A stretch of 64,000 nucleotides of DNA from an uncultured candidate division Zixibacteria bacterium (GTDB lineage Bacteria > Zixibacteria > MSB-5A5 > GN15 > PGXB01): NCBI GenBank assembly GCA_963702205.1, contig OY969724.1, positions 1,632,001 to 1,696,000 on the forward strand, read 5' to 3'. A program made the position numbers and the translations under genes. Below are positions 61,948 to 64,000 of this stretch, piece after piece; within the stretch, counting starts at the first letter, position 1, and each line of letters opens with the position of its first letter. The notes beneath the pieces were generated by a model. That model saw only the letters and a list, made by a program, of their open reading frames with translations. It was not told the DNA's origin and ran no database searches.

Positions 61948-64000
61948 TCAGGGCAGCATACCCGACCCGCGTTTTCGATACAGGCAATAGACCAAAGAAA
62001 TCAGCGTAATAAAAATGCCGATGAATGTGATCCTTCGCCCGGTATAGTAATTCGCCGGGATGTCGTGGAAGACGACTTCGCGGGTTCCTTCCGGCACGAC
62101 GATCGCCCGAAATGTACCGTCCGCCCGATATATTTTTGTCTTCGCTCCATCCACGAAGGCGTGCCAGTCGGGGTAATAGTTGTCCGTTAAAATTAACATC
62201 CGATCCTGCTTATTTTGCACGTTGATCGCTATCGAGTCCGGAGAGTAATATGAAATCACCGGATCGGGATCGTTATCAGGAGAAGCCAACGTATCCAGAG
62301 GAGGATTTTCTTCCAGATAGACCTTTTGCCGCAAATCATCGGTCCCGCGCAAAACGCTGTCACGAACTTTTTTGATGTCCGGTATGACTTCGTAACTGGA
62401 AACGAAAAAGGTCCGAGGGTAGGCGTTATTATTGATAAAAACCATGCATCTTCCATGGGGCGTGTCGAAAACCCCGGCGGTATCGAACGGTATCGGTCCC
62501 AGAGTATCGGGTGGAAGCACGCCCCCCGCGGGATATATGATATATTTTCCCCCGACCAGATTAGCGAAGCGGGGATTCATGATCGCTCTGGCTATACCCT
62601 CTCGATTTAATAGATTATAGAACCATTTTAACTCATTGCCGTGGAAGCCATACGGGGTGAATATCCCATATTGGTATAATTGAAAGACACGTTCATTGAG
62701 GGCAAAACCGAATGTCCGGTCAAGGCCGGCGTTTTTTTGAAGGTATTCGGTCATTGAGGTTGGCCCGAATTCTTTCTTCTGATCGATTATATTGACAAAG
62801 CGATCATTAAAATAAATCCCATCCGCCATGATCAATAGCGGAATAACAAACAACAATGATCGCGATGCTCCGGGCTTCATCGAGTAGCGCAGTACCATTC
62901 CGAGCGCCCCGATGAAAGCGAATGCAATTATAAATCCCTTTTTTATTTCAGGCAGGTAATGAATGGCTTTATTCAGTTTTTGCGCTGATGCCGGATTATC
63001 AGCGAGCAAGTCGGGGTAAAATATACGGGCGTACAGGCGGAGCGTTTCCTGTCCCGCCAGTATGTACAGAATTCCCAGTGCGGCGAGCGCAACCAGGATT
63101 ATAATCATCGAATTTTTAATCAATCTCTGTTTCCGGGGCGGGAATAGGCCGGAACCGGTGGCGAGATCATCTGTGAACATGCCGGCCATGAGAGATACCG
63201 CGAAAAGACATATCATCATACTCATGGATGGCCCCCGGAGCATGGACGCAAACGGCATTAACCATAAATAGGCGCGGAATAAAAAAGTTGTATTGCCCAG
63301 TGCGTAAATTGTCGTGATGATGACGATTATTCCCCAGAATTTACTTCCGCTTTTTGACGAGAAGAAAAACGCGAAGGCGGCGAGAATCAATGGAATTATG
63401 CCCAGATATTCGGAATTATCCTTATACGAGTTTCTTCCCCAATAGACCAGCCTCGAATCGAATTTGGACGTCGTTCCCGTGAATTCGGGCACAACCAGAG
63501 AAAATAATTCTTCCTGGTGCAGGGAATAATGGCCGGCCCATTTGATGCCATGGAGACTGTCCGATCGGGGAGAATATTCGGTCGTGTAAATCGTCGCCGG
63601 ATATATTTGTACGGCAGAAATACCGATGCCCACTATAACGGCTGCCATAAACAGGGCCGCAGGCCTTATGGGTTGGCCAAAACCACCGGTCGATTTAAAC
63701 AGTTTTACAAATTTGAAGCATACGAAAAAGAAGGCTGTTATCAAGGCATAATATGACAATTGCGGATGCGGGGCCAAAATGGTGCAGCCGATAACAATGG
63801 CAAGCATCGTAAAGTTGAATATCGGGTTTTTTCGAAATCCCCGATTGATGAAATAAAACATCAGCGGAAACAGCGTCGTTACATAAATTTTGCCGTCGTG
63901 CCCCGGCGCGATCCACGAAATAAGGTAAGCGGAAAACATATATGATATGCCTGAGACGGCCGAAGCGATTTTACCCAACCCAAATTCTCGAGCCGTAACA
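61948..64000 (-). CDS. YfhO-family (GT-C-like) membrane protein, 5' end probably outside the window
   Basis: Many TM helices; C-terminal YYPDWHAFVDG...RADGTFRAIVVPEG. Confidence 0.8.
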   Translation of the reverse strand, partial: VTAREFGLGKIASAVSGISYMFSAYLISWIAPGHDGKIYVTTLFPLMFYFINRGFRKNPIFNFTMLAIVIGCTILAPHPQLSYYALITAFFFVCFKFVKLFKSTGGFGQPIRPAALFMAAVIVGIGISAVQIYPATIYTTEYSPRSDSLHGIKWAGHYSLHQEELFSLVVPEFTGTTSKFDSRLVYWGRNSYKDNSEYLGIIPLILAAFAFFFSSKSGSKFWGIIVIITTIYALGNTTFLFRAYLWLMPFASMLRGPSMSMMICLFAVSLMAGMFTDDLATGSGLFPPRKQRLIKNSMIIILVALAALGILYILAGQETLRLYARIFYPDLLADNPASAQKLNKAIHYLPEIKKGFIIAFAFIGALGMVLRYSMKPGASRSLLFVIPLLIMADGIYFNDRFVNIIDQKKEFGPTSMTEYLQKNAGLDRTFGFALNERVFQLYQYGIFTPYGFHGNELKWFYNLLNREGIARAIMNPRFANLVGGKYIIYPAGGVLPPDTLGPIPFDTAGVFDTPHGRCMVFINNNAYPRTFFVSSYEVIPDIKKVRDSVLRGTDDLRQKVYLEENPPLDTLASPDNDPDPVISYYSPDSIAINVQNKQDRMLILTDNYYPDWHAFVDGAKTKIYRADGTFRAIVVPEGTREVVFHDIPANYYTGRRITFIGIFITLISLVYCLYRKRGSGMLP

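Overview
Bacterial chromosomal window. The dockerin style and FlgD/T9SS-like C-termini suggest a Zixibacteria/FCB-like lineage (inference only). From left to right: (1) a PAS-GAF histidine kinase, three stand-alone receivers and an MCP-like mini-protein; (2) tRNA-Ser(GCT), followed by a visibly AT-richer accessory region (~3.66-26.4 kb) with four large secreted dockerin-tagged proteins, two copies of a 387-bp unit containing the tRNA-Ser 3' end with att-arm anatomy and REP-like ends, small cargo genes, an orphan RHS toxin module, an IS3 element and a frameshifted LVIVD protein; (3) a partly collapsed MacAB-type ABC operon with an NtrC-type two-component system; (4) a copper-resistance cluster and a TldD/PmbA pair whose TldD has a Tat signal; (5) two unannotated selenoprotein candidates (AhpC/TSA-like UxxC, and a HesB-like Sec gene beside its Cys paralogue), a frameshifted PEP-CTERM gene, a cohesin-like protein, a tandem Ser/Thr kinase and REP/GIY-YIG-derived mosaic repeats; (6) housekeeping genes (aldolase II, a lysine-less aminotransferase, folB, folK, deoxynucleoside kinase, panB, degP, sigma-70, YfhO-like). 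No integrase, CRISPR array or rRNA was seen. All alignments and counts were done by eye; no databases were searched.
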